A program made the position numbers and the translations under genes. A DNA stretch of 64,000 nucleotides from Macrostomum lignano. Lineage: Eukaryota. The notes under the pieces were generated by a model. It had not been told where the DNA came from and made no database searches. It saw only the letters and a program-made list of their open reading frames with translations. Positions 13,101-25,664 of this stretch are shown here, piece after piece (position 1 is the first letter of the stretch; each line of letters begins with the position of its first letter). The DNA is taken from the NCBI GenBank assembly GCA_002269645.1, contig NIVC01001265.1, forward strand, positions 261,173 to 325,172. Reading direction: 5' to 3'.

Positions 13101-16100
13101 GCACATCCTTGAGAACGGCAGGCAGTTCGCGGAGCGGGCCAAGCAGGAACAGCAGCAGCTGGCATCGGCCAGCGCCTCCCAGGTGCACCTGAACCTGTCC
13201 TACCAGGCCGATGCCGGTTCCAGGCAGAACGGATTGGCAGGTCTGGACGAGGGCTCGGTGCGCATCCGGTTCACCAGTCCGGATTTCTCTCCGCAGGCGG
13301 CGGCGGCGGCAAAACTGCAGGACGACTCTGAAGGCGTTCACCTGGTGCCTGAGGTCAGCTGGTGGACTCAATTCCTAGCGCTGAGCTATCGCGGCTTCCT
13401 GGTTTCCCGGGAAGCCATCCTGTCTGTGCAGGTGCTGGTACAGACCGCCTTTGTGGCCTTCATTGTTAGCGTGCTGTGGTTCCAGGTGGCCAAGACTGAG
13501 AATAACATTGCCGATTTTATTTCTGCGGTGAGCCGTTAACAGGATTTGACTTCTAGTGGGGGATTTGAGATCTGACTTCTAGTGGGGGATCTGGGATCTG
13601 ACTTCTAGTGGGAGATCTGGGATCTGGGATCTGACTTCTAGTGGAGGATTTGGGATCTGACTTCTAGTGAGGATTTGGGATTTGGGATCTGACTTCTAGT
13701 GGGGGATCTGGGATCCGACTTCTAGTGGGGGATTTGGGATCTGGGATCTGACTTCTAGTGGGGGATCTGGGATTTGACTTCTTTTGTAGGATTTGGGTTC
13801 AGGGATTTGGGATCTAACTTCTGTTGGGGAATTTGGGATCTGGGATCTGAATTTTAATGGGGGATCAGGGATTTCAGATTTGGGATCTGACTTTTAGTGG
13901 GAGATCTGGGATCTGGGATCCGAAATCGGACTTTTCATAGGATTTGGGATCTGGGATTTGAATCTGGAGTCTGGGATTGGAGCTTCAACGTTGGAATTTA
14001 AGCCGGGATCGCTATTTAATAATAATCATGTACATCTGCTGAAATTTTACTTAAACTCCAGATTTTCTTCCTAACAAGCTACGTAACTTTTGCACCGTTC
14101 TTCGAAGCCATAATGACGTGTAAGTCAGTTCTATAAAAATAGCATTCTTCTCTATTCCCAAGATATCCCGCGCGACCTCGTGTGACCTTTTCCTCCATTA
14201 TCGCTCCCCGTTCGCATTCCTGGCAGTCTACGCCGACTTGGCCATAGTGAGGCACGAGCGCAAGTCCGGCATGTACCGCATTGGCGCTTACTACCTGGCC
14301 AAGATGGTGGTGGAGATCCCGCTGCTGCTGGTGGTGCCCATCTTCATCATCGCGCCAGCTTATTGGTGCGTTGGCTTTGCCGACTTTGGCGCTTTCGCGG
14401 CCTTCCTAGTGGTCATCACCTTGAATAGCCTGGCCTCGCAGGTGAGCTCCGGCTGGCGGGGTAGCTCAGCAGCCAGCGTGTCAAAGTCTCTGGGTTCGAA
14501 TAGGTCGAGGCTCTTGTCGTGCGATTCGTGTCCGAGAGGGCCAACCCCTCAAGGCACAGAGAGTTGTACATGTCTGGCGATTAGAAAGTCAGGGCATCGA
14601 CTGATTTGCCTTCTCGCTGGGTCCGCGCTGACAGTGGCCTTGATCTGCGGCAGCGCCCACACCCCTCCCCTTGCGAACTAACTGAATATACCGAGGCACG
14701 GGTACACAAACACAGACACCGAGACAATGAGACACAAAGACACAAACACAAAGATACCGAGACACTGAAACACAAAGACACATAGACACAAAAACACAGC
14801 CACCGCGAAACAAAGACACCGAAAGACACCGAGACACAAAGACACCGAGACACAAAGACACCGAGACACAAAGACACCGAGACACAAAGACACCGAGACA
14901 CAAAGACACCGAGACACAAAGACACCGAGACACAAAGACACCGAGACACAAAGACACCGAGACACAAAGACACCGAGACACAAAGACACCGAGACACAAA
15001 GACACCGAGACACAAAGACACCGAGACACAAAGACACCGAGACACAAAGACACCGAGACACAAAGACACCGAGACACAAAGACACCGAGACACAAAGACA
15101 CCGAGACACAAAGACACCGAGACACAAAGACACCGAGACACAAAGACACCGAGACACAAAGACACCGAGACACAAAGACACCGAGACACAAAGACACCGA
15201 GACACAAAGACACCGAGACCCAAAGACACCGAGACACAAAGACACCGAGACCCAAAGACACCGAGACACAAAGACACCGAGACACAAAGACACCGAGACA
15301 CAAAGACACCGAGACACAAAGACACCGAGACACAAAGACACCGAGACACAAGGACAAAGACACTGACACTGAGACACAAAGACACCGAGACAATGAGACA
15401 CAAAGGCACAGACAAAGACACAAACACAAAGACACCGAGATAATGAGACACAAAGACAAACACAAAGACACCGAGACAATGAGACACAAAGACAGACACA
15501 AAGACGGACACTTCAAAGCTGAGAAATTCACTTACAGTCTACTCCTCAGTAGTGAAAAAGGTTTTCCTGTCGCCAAATTCACTGTAGGGCATCGGAATCG
15601 TCTTCAGCCTCCTGTCCACCAATCCGAGAACGAACATGACCTTTGCCTTCATCTACATGATTTTCTGCTTTCTGACTGGTGAGTAGGTTTCTCAAAATTG
15701 TGCCAGTTAGCGCACTCCAGTTGGCAATGACCCGCAGCCTCCCAGATTAGAAGCAAAACCCGCAACCAACATTGCATAGGCGGATTCTTCACTAAAAGCA
15801 TCCCGTTCTGGTTCGACTGGGCCAAATACCTGTCCTATATTCGCTACTGCTATCACTTCGGTCTCATAATCATACTGGAGAGGACGGACGATTTTCGGTG
15901 AGCTGTAGGAGTCAGCGGAATGAGTAGAACTGCTTTCAGAGCTGGTTATGGGGCGATGTCGCCTGAAGGCGTTGCTCCAGGTTGCCCGCAACCCTAGCTT
16001 CTGCAAATAATTTTATACCAATCTCGCCATCATCAAATTTATTAAACAGATGCGGCGAGCCCAGCCTCTATGCGGTGTGCAATAGCAACAGCACCGCAGG

Positions 16101-16260
16101 AAACAGCACAGCACCGCTCACCATTCCGGGCTCAGTGATTCTCGAACTGCAGCCCGACACCATCTTGCCTGTGTGGGCCAACATTATCGTCACTGTCTGT
16201 ATGTTCTTCGCCTTTCGCCTGCTGGGCTACGTGATCCTGCGCTTCTGTCGGAAAGTTTAG
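10104..16260 (+). CDS. ABCG (white-like) half ABC transporter, 648 aa, 10 exons
   Basis: Exons 10104-10254, 11713-11891, 12209-12314, 12533-12889, 13067-13527, 14062-14119, 14227-14441, 15588-15678, 15780-15897, 16050-16260 sum to 1947 nt with matching phases. Motifs: Walker A GPSG|SGKT, Q-loop YVTQED, signature LSGGEKKR, Walker [14 protein letters not shown]-loop SIHQPS, and in the [19 protein letters not shown] and [21 protein letters not shown]. An additional upstream exon cannot be excluded. Confidence 0.92.
10330..11572. repeat. 30-bp minisatellite (GAGAATACCAGTCTAGAGAAGATCACATGT)n in ABCG intron 1
   Basis: About 40 units, degenerate at the 5' edge; explains the [10 protein letters not shown] ORFs. 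Confidence 0.96.
13540..13980. repeat. Degenerate GGGATCTGACTTCTAGTGG repeat in ABCG intron 5
   Basis: Imperfect array beginning just after the donor at 13528. Confidence 0.85.
14450..14600 (+). mobile_element. SINE-like dispersed element fragment in ABCG intron 7
   Basis: A-box-like GGTAGCTCAG (~14460) and B-box-like GGTTCGAAT (~14493). Segment 14553-14595 is shared with 40183-40590. Confidence 0.45.
14700..15510. repeat. 16-bp minisatellite (GACACCGAGACACAAA)n in ABCG intron 7
   Basis: Homogeneous core with degenerate edges. Confidence 0.95.
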
Positions 16261-16279
16261 CGGAGCTTCGAAATAAAAA

Positions 16280-16600
16280 AACTCCTACCCCTCACTCTGC
16301 GCTGATTGGCTGTTGCAAAATGGCCAATATGTAACACTCATTGGACTGCCCGTCCTGATAAATAAACTGCTACCCTCACTCTGTTCTGATTGGCTGTTGC
16401 AAACTGGCATATTTCTAACCCTGATAAGTCTGTCCTGATAAATCAACTGCTACCCCTCACTCTTCCCTGATTGGGTGTTGCAAAATAGCCCATTTCTAAC
16501 CCTCATTAGTCTGTCTGTCCTGATAATCCACTTCTACCCCTCACTCGGCGCAGATTAGCTGTTAAAAAGGGGCCCATTTCTAACCTCCATCGAACTGTCT
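16280..16600. repeat. Degenerate ~60-bp repeat (CTACCCCTCACTCTG..CTGATTGGCTGTTGCAAA...) downstream of ABCG stop
   Basis: 4-5 diverged copies. Confidence 0.7.
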
Positions 16601-17071
16601 ATTCCGGGTGCATTTTTATTTGTACGTTCTTATTGTCAGCTATTGTTTTTGTATTAAAGCAGGATTTCAGCTCGCTTAAAAATCAGCCATGCACCGTATT
16701 CTACATGCATGAACACATGGTTCACTCCAACAAGTTTTCAAGAAGACTCCTAGAAATCGTTCGTTATACACGATACTGCACTATGACACGATACTGACAT
16801 ACATGTATAACATCAGCTGATGAGGCAGCATGTTCTTTAGTAGATTTTAATGCAAATGCTCATAAGTACTCATAATCATCTCTGAATGGAAAACAAGAAG
16901 TAAAGACAATCAATGTTTTTCCATCTGCACTGCCAGTGTTCTTCGTTGCGTTAACTTGAATACATTTATAACGATAAAAATAATAAATCATATGGCTGAG
17001 CTCTGATACTCCTCTTTCTTCAATCTGTGCAACGAATAATATTTGTTATTCATTCCCCTCTTCCACCATCC

Positions 17072-17294
17072 TGTAGCATGCGCAGGCAGGCAGTTCGGCA
17101 CCTAGTTTGCACTCCGTGACCCCCACCCAGCCTATCCAATTCCCTCTGCTCGAGCACATCCCAACGCGCACTCAATGAACCGAAAATCTGTGTTCTACCA
17201 GACAATAAATATACAGGCACAGCCAATTCTATTTCTTCACCTTTTTGAGTGGCTAACTAACACTCGCAACAACCAGCCAGAGTTGCTCGCTACA
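17072..17294 (+). repeat. 5' LTR (223 bp)
   Basis: TGTAGC...GCTACA termini. Identical to the 3' LTR apart from one G indel (GTTCGGCAC vs GTTCGGGCAC). Contains an internal AATAAA. Confidence 0.96.
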
Positions 17295-17295
17295 T

Positions 17296-17304
17296 TGGCG
17301 TCAC
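17296..17304 (+). promoter_or_regulatory. Primer-binding site TGGCGTCAC (possibly tRNA-Ser)
   Basis: Starts with TGG one base after the LTR and is complementary to a tRNA ending ...GUGACGCCA. The tRNA identity is my inference. Confidence 0.6.
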
Positions 17305-17317
17305 AAGCTAGAACCCA

Positions 17318-18222
17318 ATGGCGCTACTACAGCTACAGCCGCCATCCGCATTCAGCATTAGCGCGGACCCCCACACCGTCAGCAAGCGCTGGACAGAGTG
17401 GGCCACCACACTAAAGCGATTCTTGGCAGCATCAGGAATTTCGGACGACGCCCAGAAGCAGGAAATCCTCCTGTATACCGCGGGAAAAGAGGTTGCAGAC
17501 ATCTTTAAAGAGATCTCACAGACGCGTCCCGCCACTGACCAGCCGGAGCAGCAAACGCTTGACTCACTCATAGCTGCGCTAACTCAGCACTTTCAAGGAC
17601 GCGACAATGTGGTGTTCACCCGGTACCGATTCCGCCAGTGCACGCAGCTAGACGGCGAAGGCATCGACAGCTGGTACAACCGACTGTGCAACGCGGCTGA
17701 GGCCTGCCAGTTCGGAGAGCTGCGCCACTCCCTCATCCGCGACCAGATCGTCGCCTGCTGCCGCAGTGAATCCCTCCGAAAGCGGCTGCTCAACGTGCCC
17801 AACATCAGCCTCCCCGAGGCCCTCCAGCTGGCGAGAACAAACGAAGCAGCCAGCCAGCAAGCGGCAATCATGGAGCGCTCGGCAGCCGGACCAGCTGAAG
17901 AAGTGCATGCGGCACGCGACAAGCGCCCCACCAGGCGCCCGCCAGCCAGCCCGGCCGACAAATGCCTGCGGTGCGGAGAGCCCGGCCAGCGCACTTGCAA
18001 CCGGGCCCAAGGCAAGCGCTGCAGCAACTGCGGCAAGCTGCACCACCTGGCGAAGGCCTGCCTAAGCGGCCGCGCACGCATCAACATGGCAGAGCCTGAG
18101 CCAGAGGAACCAGCAGTGGCGCACCTGGCGGAGGCGGTATTCTCCAGCCTCGACCCCAGCCGCACAAGCGCCACCTTCAAAGCGGTCATCAACGGCGCGA
18201 ACGTACCCGTCCTGATCGACAG
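17318..18222 (+). CDS. Gag with CCHC zinc knuckle, running into the N-half of the aspartic protease
   Basis: ORF 17318-18337 contains RYRFRQCTQLDGEGIDSWYNRL and SLIRDQIVACC (gag-like), CSNCGKLHHLAKAC (CX2CX4HX4C), then VPVLIDS (protease motif). Confidence 0.85.
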
Positions 18223-21200
18223 CTTGCGAGCTGCAACGTGCTCAGCCAGCGGACCCTTCATCTCACGGGAGCACCCGAGCGGGCGCTTCAGCCCACGCAC
18301 ACGAGGGTCTATCCTCTCGGAGCAGCGAGGCCCCTGACACCCGCTGGCCAGATCACTCTGCACACGAAGATCAACGGCAACTCGGAGAGAGTGCGCTTCA
18401 TCGTCATCAGAGAGGACTGCATCACCATCCTAGGCCGCGAGACAAGCACGCAGATGGGGATGCTGAGGGTCGGACCGCAGGCCGAGACAGCTCTCACCGC
18501 CGGACTGACACCAACGGTTAACGACCTGCACCTTCCGCAAGACTTGCGACTGTCATCGATCATGAAGGAGTTCAGCGACAGGTTTCAAGGAATCGGCTGC
18601 ATCAAGGGCGTCTCAGTCAGAATCCAGCTGAAGGAAGAAGCGGTGCCAGTCTGCCACCCTCCGTCTCGAGTTCCAGTGCATCTTCGAACCGCCGTGGAAA
18701 AGGAGCTGAAGGGCCAGCTAGCAGCCGGCATCCTGGAGCGAGTGACGGGGCCCAGCGCTTGGAGTTCACGCATGGTGGTCGTTCCAAAGGCCTCGCCAGG
18801 CGAAATCCGCATCACGCAGGACCTGAGGGACGTCAATAAGTACGTCATTCCAGAAAAGCAGCCAATACCGACATTCGAAGAAGTCACCGACGAGATGGCC
18901 GGCTCCACCTATTTCTCCGAACTAGACGTTGCCAAGGCCTTCCACCAGATCGAGGTCAGTGAGGAGTCCCGGCAGCTGCTCACTTTCTCAACGCCTCTGG
19001 GCCTGCTCCGCCTCAAGCGCCTTTGCATGGGATTTACCTCAGCATCTGAAATCCTACAGCGCGTCATGACATCTATTCTGAGCGGTTTGAGAGGCGTGCG
19101 GTGGGTCCATGACGATATCATTATCTTCGCCAGCACCATAAATGAGCACAACGAGAGGCTGCGCAACTGTCTTGACAGGCTGCGTCAACACAACGTGACT
19201 CTGAACCCCCGCAAATGCCGCATTGCAACCCAGCAGGCCGACTTCCTGGCCATGCGCCTCTCGGCGGCCGGAATCCAACCGACCGAGGAAAAGCTGGAAG
19301 CTGTGGCCAACTTCAAGCGACCAGAAAATGCAACGGACGTGCGGTCCTTTCTCGGACTCGTCACATTCGTAGCCCGCTTCATCCCAAACCTCGCCGACAA
19401 AGCGAGGCCACTTCGAGAGCTGACCAAGAAGAACGTGAAATGGTTGTGGGGTCCACAGCAAGCCTCAGCCTTTCAGACAATCAAGCAGTCGATCGCTCAC
19501 AGCACCACGCTTGCCTTCTTCAACAAGAACTGCGAGACCAGGCTGATCGTCGACGCCAGCCCGACCGGCCTCGGGGCGATCCTCGCCCAGGTGCAACCTG
19601 GCGGCCTCACCAGGCCAATCGCCTACGCCAGCCGCAGCCTCAGTGACACCGAGCAGCGCTACTCGCAGACAGAGAGAGAGGCGCTGGCCGTCAAATTCGG
19701 CTGCCTCAAGTTTCACCACTACCTTAGCGGCTGCCCAAAGTTCAAGGTCATCACCGACCACAAGCCGCTGGTCAGCCTGCTCAGCCCCGGCTCACGGCTC
19801 CCGCCGCGGATCGAGCGCATGGCACTTCGGCTGCAGGATCTCCACTTCGAAGTCATCTACCAGCCGGGGGCAGATAACCCGGCAGATGTCCTAAGCCGCC
19901 AGCCACGTCCAACACCACCGAAGAACGAGGGCGAGGATCTCGACACGGCCTACATCGCAATGACAGCACAGGCAGCAGCGCCGAACAGCATCAGCCTCGA
20001 AACGATCAAGGTGGCCGCCGCAGGCGACAAGGCGATCCAAGCCGCCGTATCCGGGCTCCGGTCCCATCGGTGGCAACTCGATAGCCACGACACGCGCAGC
20101 CTGCACGGCCTGCGGCACGAGCTCTCACAACACGACGGACTCCTGCTCAAAGGGCACCAAATCGTCGTTCCTGCTACTCTGCGCTACCGCTGCCTGCAGC
20201 TGGCGCACCAAGGCCACCTGGGTGTCCAGAAAACATTGGCACGCCTCCAGACAAAGGTCTGGTGGCCCTCAATGCGGGCCTCCGTCGAGAACTTCGTAAA
20301 CTCCTGCCTCAGCTGCAAGGCCTGCACGAACACAGCCGAATTGAAGGCAGCCCCACTTTAGCCGACTGAGCTGCCGCAGGGGCCGTGGCTAGAGCTGGGC
20401 CTGGACTTCCTGGGACCGATCAGAGGCCACATGCTGCTGGTGTGCACCGACTATTTTTCACGTTTCCCACTGGTACAGACAATGTCGGGGTCGACAGCGG
20501 CAGCTCCGGTCATCCGAACCCTCCGCCAGTGGTTCAGCATGTTCGGCCAGCCAGTCAAGATCACCACCGACAACGGCCCGCCATTCTCGTCCGCAGAATT
20601 CAACGCCTTCCTGCGCAGCCAGGGCGTCCACCACCATCGGACTACGCCGCTGCATCCCCAAGCCAACGGACTCGTAGAGCGATGCAACCGAGGCCTCAAT
20701 AAGGCAATCAGAGCGGCGATTCTGGAAGGCAGCGACTGGCAGGCGGCACTGGACGACTACCTGGCCGCATACCGGCGAACACCGCACGCAGCAATTGGCA
20801 TGGCCCCAGCCGACCTGCTATTCGGCCGACAGCTCAACGACACGATCCCCAGCTTGCGCCACTCCCGGCCGGTTGACGCCAGGCGACAGACCGTCCGCGG
20901 CCACGACTCCAGGGCGAAGGAGCGGATGAAGGCCTTCGCCGACAGCAAGAGGGGCGCCACCGACCACCAGATCACCGTAGGCGACCTCGTACTCCGCCGA
21001 CTCACCAACCGCAGCAAGACGGACCCCTTCTTCGAGGCCTCGCCATGGACCGTGACAGAAGTCGGCGGCAACACCCTGCAGCTCCAACGTGCCTGCCAGA
21101 GGTGCTCCAGGCACACCACCCACGTCAAGCGAGTCTCCCAGGCAGCCGACGAGTGGCCGGGTGACCCCGGAGAACGCGACAGCGGACAGGACAGCCGGCC

Positions 21201-21378
21201 GGATGAACCAACCGGCCCGCCCGAGCCAACCGGCAACCAGGACGTCCCTCTCGCCAACAGGCCGCACCCCCCGACAGGCCAAGGAGATGCCGAAACGCTA
21301 CGAAGAGGGCGACCGGCGAAAGGCTCTGGACATCTGACAGCTGGCGGAACAGCAGCAAGGACTGATCATTTACTCTAA
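18223..21378 (+). pseudogene. pol (PR-RT-RNaseH-IN) disrupted by a frameshift and an in-frame stop
   Basis: RT motifs YFSELDVAKAFHQ, LKRLCMGFTSASEILQR and WVHDDIIIF. RNase H motifs LIVDASPTGLGAIL and YSQTEREALAV. Integrase HHCC (AHQGHLG...CLSCKAC) and core (TDNGPPF, HPQANGLVER) are present. There is a frameshift at the protease D-S-G motif (~18223) and a TAG at 20359-20361, after which the same frame continues. Confidence 0.88.
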
Positions 21379-21466
21379 TGACTGATACTGATTGCTCGAT
21401 CGCGCGTAACATGAACCCAACGTTGTACCCAACCCCACCCCGGGTTCCAATCCACCAGACGAGGGA

Positions 21467-21690
21467 TGTAGCATGCGCAGGCAGGCAGTTCGGGCACCTA
21501 GTTTGCACTCCGTGACCCCCACCCAGCCTATCCAATTCCCTCTGCTCGAGCACATCCCAACGCGCACTCAATGAACCGAAAATCTGTGTTCTACCAGACA
21601 ATAAATATACAGGCACAGCCAATTCTATTTCTTCACCTTTTTGAGTGGCTAACTAACACTCGCAACAACCAGCCAGAGTTGCTCGCTACA
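21467..21690 (+). repeat. 3' LTR (224 bp)
   Basis: Direct repeat of 17072-17294, followed by the TSD CATCC. Confidence 0.96.
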
Positions 21691-21695
21691 CATCC

Positions 21696-21945
21696 CAGAT
21701 ACTCAGTTGCTGGGCCAGCCTCCCAGACCCTCAGTTGCTGGGCCAGCCTCCCAGATCCTCAGTTGCTGGGCCAGCCTCCCAGACCCTCAGTTGCTGGGCC
21801 AGCCTCCCAGATCCTCAGTTACTGGGCCACCGCCAGCCTCCCAGATCCTCAGTTACTGGGCCAGCCTCCAAGATCCTCAGTTGCTGGGCCAGCCTCCCAG
21901 ACCCTCAGTTGCTAGGCCAGCCTCCCAGATCCTCAGTTGCTGGGC
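21696..21945 (+). repeat. 28-bp minisatellite (CCTCCCAGATCCTCAGTTGCTGGGCCAG)n, copy 1
   Basis: Starts at the LTR element's right TSD. Confidence 0.92.
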
Positions 21946-23109
21946 AGCCCAGCACACAAAGAACTCAGCAGTGCGGACCCGATCTCATCATGAAGCAGTT
22001 CAGTATAAAAATGTTTAAGGTTAGCCGCCCTATCTATGACAGGCCAAGCGCAGACAGACTCAGTCCTGTCAGTAATAATCAATCTATTTATGATAATATA
22101 TTAAATATTTAGCAAAGTCTAAAAAAGTGCTTGACACCGCCAGATAGAGGAGACCCAGTCACATCAAAGAGTAAATGTGAGAAAAAGAGAGTAAAAAACA
22201 GAATTCAATAAAGCACAGGAGTTGCACTGTCAGCTTGGTTGTATTGCAGTAATCGAAAGCGATATTGTTAAAATAAAATATCAGTTATCAGGCGAAACCA
22301 CAGAGAGAAAGCTGAAAGAGTCAGCGAAATATGCAGAGAGAAGTGTTTATTTACAGCAGGACAAGCTCAAACAGAAGCCTCGGGCAGCGGCTGTGAGAGC
22401 TGGCAAGGCTAAGCCGAAAGCGGGGTTGGAAATGAAGCTCAAAATAACAATAAATAAACACTATTTGGTAACTTTACGTTACCGACACTAATGACTAAAT
22501 AGATCACTTGCATATGCGCTATTCAACTACTTTTCAAATCAGTAGTATCATTCAAAACAGTTATTATATTATAATTCGCTATTGTTGTCGTCTTTTACTA
22601 CTGAAATGATTTTGAAAGTAAGTAGTAACAGCGAAAGTGACCGATAAATTTATTATAGAAACTTTGGAGAGTTGAAATTTTAAACAGAAAAAGCTCAACG
22701 CCAGGTGGCAGGGGCGGATGGAGGAAGCTGCGGCAATTCGAAAGAAAGCCAATTCGTGGAAGCAGAAGCATAGGCCAAGACCGAAGGCAACATTAATTTC
22801 AAATAGCTAAGAATTTCAATATATAATAGCACAACCAGTAGTACACAACAATGCCATTCCACGCCACCTAATACTTGTACACAATCTTAGGAAATCGAGT
22901 TTAATTTGAATTCCCGCCAAAAATAGGCATCGCAAAAAACAAATACTAAACGGTATCGGTAGAATAGAATACTGGCCCTGTTTAACAAGATGGTTTGATA
23001 TTGAACTCTATTTTTTGGGCCTTCAAAACAGCTACCTAAATCGAACAACTCAATGGGTAAAAGGCGGGAGTAAAAAGACTGCCTCGTCACCTAATTAGTG
23101 TTCCAATTA

Positions 23110-25489
23110 CTACTGGCTAATTAGATGGTTGATCTTCTCTACCCATTCGCTGGCCAGCCTGGTCTCCTCGGCGTAGAAGCGGAACATTCTCTGAGCTGTC
23201 TCCAGCTCCAGGAAGGCGGCCTCGGGCACCCGCTTTGGCGCGCCCATGGGCACCCGCCCGGCCAGCCGGACGGATCGGACGTCGGCCAGGTCGATCTCGC
23301 CTCGGACAACTCCGACAACGGCGCCAGTTGGCGACAGAAGCTCCGGCTGTTGTTTGTTGTCATAGTAACGCATTCTGTGATTGGCCGAGTCTAGCACAAA
23401 GTAGCGCCGTTTCCATTGGCGGAACACCTGGCCCTGCTTGTACAGGTAGCCTTCGTGCAGCTGCTGCTGGCGCTGCTGACGCTGCTGATGTTGAGTCGAA
23501 TGCGACCGCATCGTTGACAGGGTGGACGACTGCGACTGGTGGTGATGATGCGACGGCTGAGGCTGCGGCAGTGTCTTGGACGAGGAGGCTGTAGAGGAAG
23601 CAGACGCGGCAGATGGCTGTTGCTCCTTTTCTTGCTGCTGTTGTTGTTGTCGCTGCTGCTGCTGCTGCTGCTGCTGTTGCTGTTGCTGTTGCTGCCGGCT
23701 GCCGGGCGGTGTGCAATCGGCTCGGACGTGAGCGGCGCACTTCTCGTGGCAGGCGAAGCCGCAGGCAACGCAGCGAAGGCCGCCTGTGGCAACCCGTCTG
23801 CCGGCGCCAGATTTCCCACCGTCCTGATGATTGGTGTGGAGTGAGGCGTGTGTACATTTGGAGGGGTAAATGAGATGGGGCAGGTGAGTGTACATTGAGA
23901 GGGGTAAATGAGATGGGGCAGGTGAGTGTACATTGAGAGGGGTAAATGAGATGGGGCAGGTGAGTGTACATTGGGAGGGGTAAATGAGATGGGGCAGGTG
24001 AGTGTACATTGAGAGGGGTAAATGAGATGGGGCAGGTGAGTGTACATTGGGGGGGGGGGTAAGAGAGATGGGGCAGGCGAGTGTACATTGGGAGGGGTAA
24101 GAGAAATGGGGCAGGCGAGTGTACATTGGGAGGGGTAAGAGAGATGGGGCAGGTGAGTGTACATTGGGAGGGGTAAATGAGATGGGGCAGGTGAGTGTAC
24201 ATTGGGAGGGGTAAGAGAGATGGAGCAGGCGAGTGTACATTGGGAGGGGTAAGAGAGATGGGGCAGGCGAGTGTACATTGGGAGGGGTAAGAGAGATGGG
24301 GCAGGCGAGTGTACATTGGGAGGGGTAAGAGAGATGGGGCAGGCGAGTGTACATTGGGAGGGGTAAGAGAGATGGGGCAGGCGAGTGTACATTGGGAGGG
24401 GTAAGAGAGATGGGGCAGGCGAGTGTACATTGGGAGGGGTAAGAGAGATGGGGCAGGTGAGTGTACATTGGGAGGGGTAAGAGAGATGGGGCAGGCGAGT
24501 GTACATTGGGAGGGGTAAGAGAGATGGAGCAGGCGAGTGTACATTGGGAGGGGTAAGAGAGATGGGGCAGGCGAGTGTACATTGGGAGGGGTAAGAGAGA
24601 TGGGGCAGGCGAGTGTACATTGGGAGGGGTAAGAGAGATGGGGCAGGCGAGTGTACATTGGGAGGGGTAAGAGAGATGGGGCAGGCGAGTGTACACTGGG
24701 AGGGGTAAGAGAGATGGGGCAGGCGAGTGTACATTGGGAGGGGTAAGAGAGATGGGGCAGGCGAGTGTACATTGGGAGGGGTAAGAGAGATGGGGCAGGC
24801 GAGTGTACATTGGGAGGGGTAAGAGAGATGGGGCAGGTGAGTGTACATTGGGAGGGGTAAGAGAGATGGGGCAGGCGAGTGTACATTGGGAGGGGTAAGA
24901 GAGATGGAGCAGGCGAGTGTACATTGGGAGGGGTAAGAGAGATGGGGCAGGCGAGTGTACATTGGGAGGGGTAAGAGAGATGGGGCAGGCGAGTGTACAT
25001 TGGGAGGGGTAAGAGATGGGGCAGCGAGTGTACATTGGGAGGGGTAAGAGCGATGGGCAGGTGAGCGCATGTACGGTTCAACTTCAATGATGCGGAGGCG
25101 TGCTTCCTGGGGTTACCTTGACGCCGCCGCCCGAGATCATCCACACCAGGTGATCGCAATACTGGCAGTGCACGGGACTGGGGAACAGGTGACTGACGAA
25201 TTTGTGCTGCCTTGTAAACAGGCCGTCCTGCTGTTGCGGCTGCTGCACAGACTGCTGCTCCTGCTCCTGCTGATCTTGCTGCTGCTGCTGCTGCTGGCAC
25301 AGGAGATCTCGCGTAGCGCCGATGTGCAGCTGCTTGACCGCCTCGCGTTGCCATAGCAACGACGGCTCGACGCTGATTGTTGAGCCGTTAAAGTAAGTGT
25401 CGCGGAGCAGACCATGCCACAGCTCCTGACAGGAGGCACCCTGTAAGGATTTGAAAAGAATGACTAATGCAGACAGAAACAGACAGACT

Positions 25490-25521
<32 letters not shown>

Positions 25522-25524
25522 GGC

Positions 25525-25561
<37 letters not shown>

Positions 25562-25616
25562 CCCATGACAGACAGACAGACAGACACCCATGACAGACAG
25601 ACAGACAGACACCCAT

Positions 25617-25664
<48 letters not shown>

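Larger units (their letters stand above)
17072..21690 (+). mobile_element. Full-length Ty3/gypsy LTR retrotransposon (probably Mag-like), 4.6 kb
   Basis: TG...CA LTRs at 17072-17294 and 21467-21690. A 5-bp TSD CATCC lies at 17067-17071 and 21691-21695. A PBS follows the 5' LTR and a short purine tract precedes the 3' LTR. Domain order is gag-PR-RT-RH-IN. Confidence 0.97.

Noticed and set aside
17175-17414. Duplicate ORFs MNRKSVFYQT... at 17175 and 21571
   Set aside because: Incidental frames within the two LTR copies.
18200-18340. Programmed gag-pol ribosomal frameshift
   Set aside because: The shift falls inside the protease D-S-G motif and there is no slippery heptamer; better explained as a mutation or sequencing error.
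21696-21945. Regular 28-38-bp arrays as possible CRISPR
   Set aside because: Units are contiguous with no unique spacers, there are no cas genes, and the DNA is eukaryotic.
23360-25354. 550-660-aa Pro/Cys-rich ORFs on the - strand
   Set aside because: 38-bp intronic repeat read through; only 23110-23823 and 25117-25440 are real Sbf exons.
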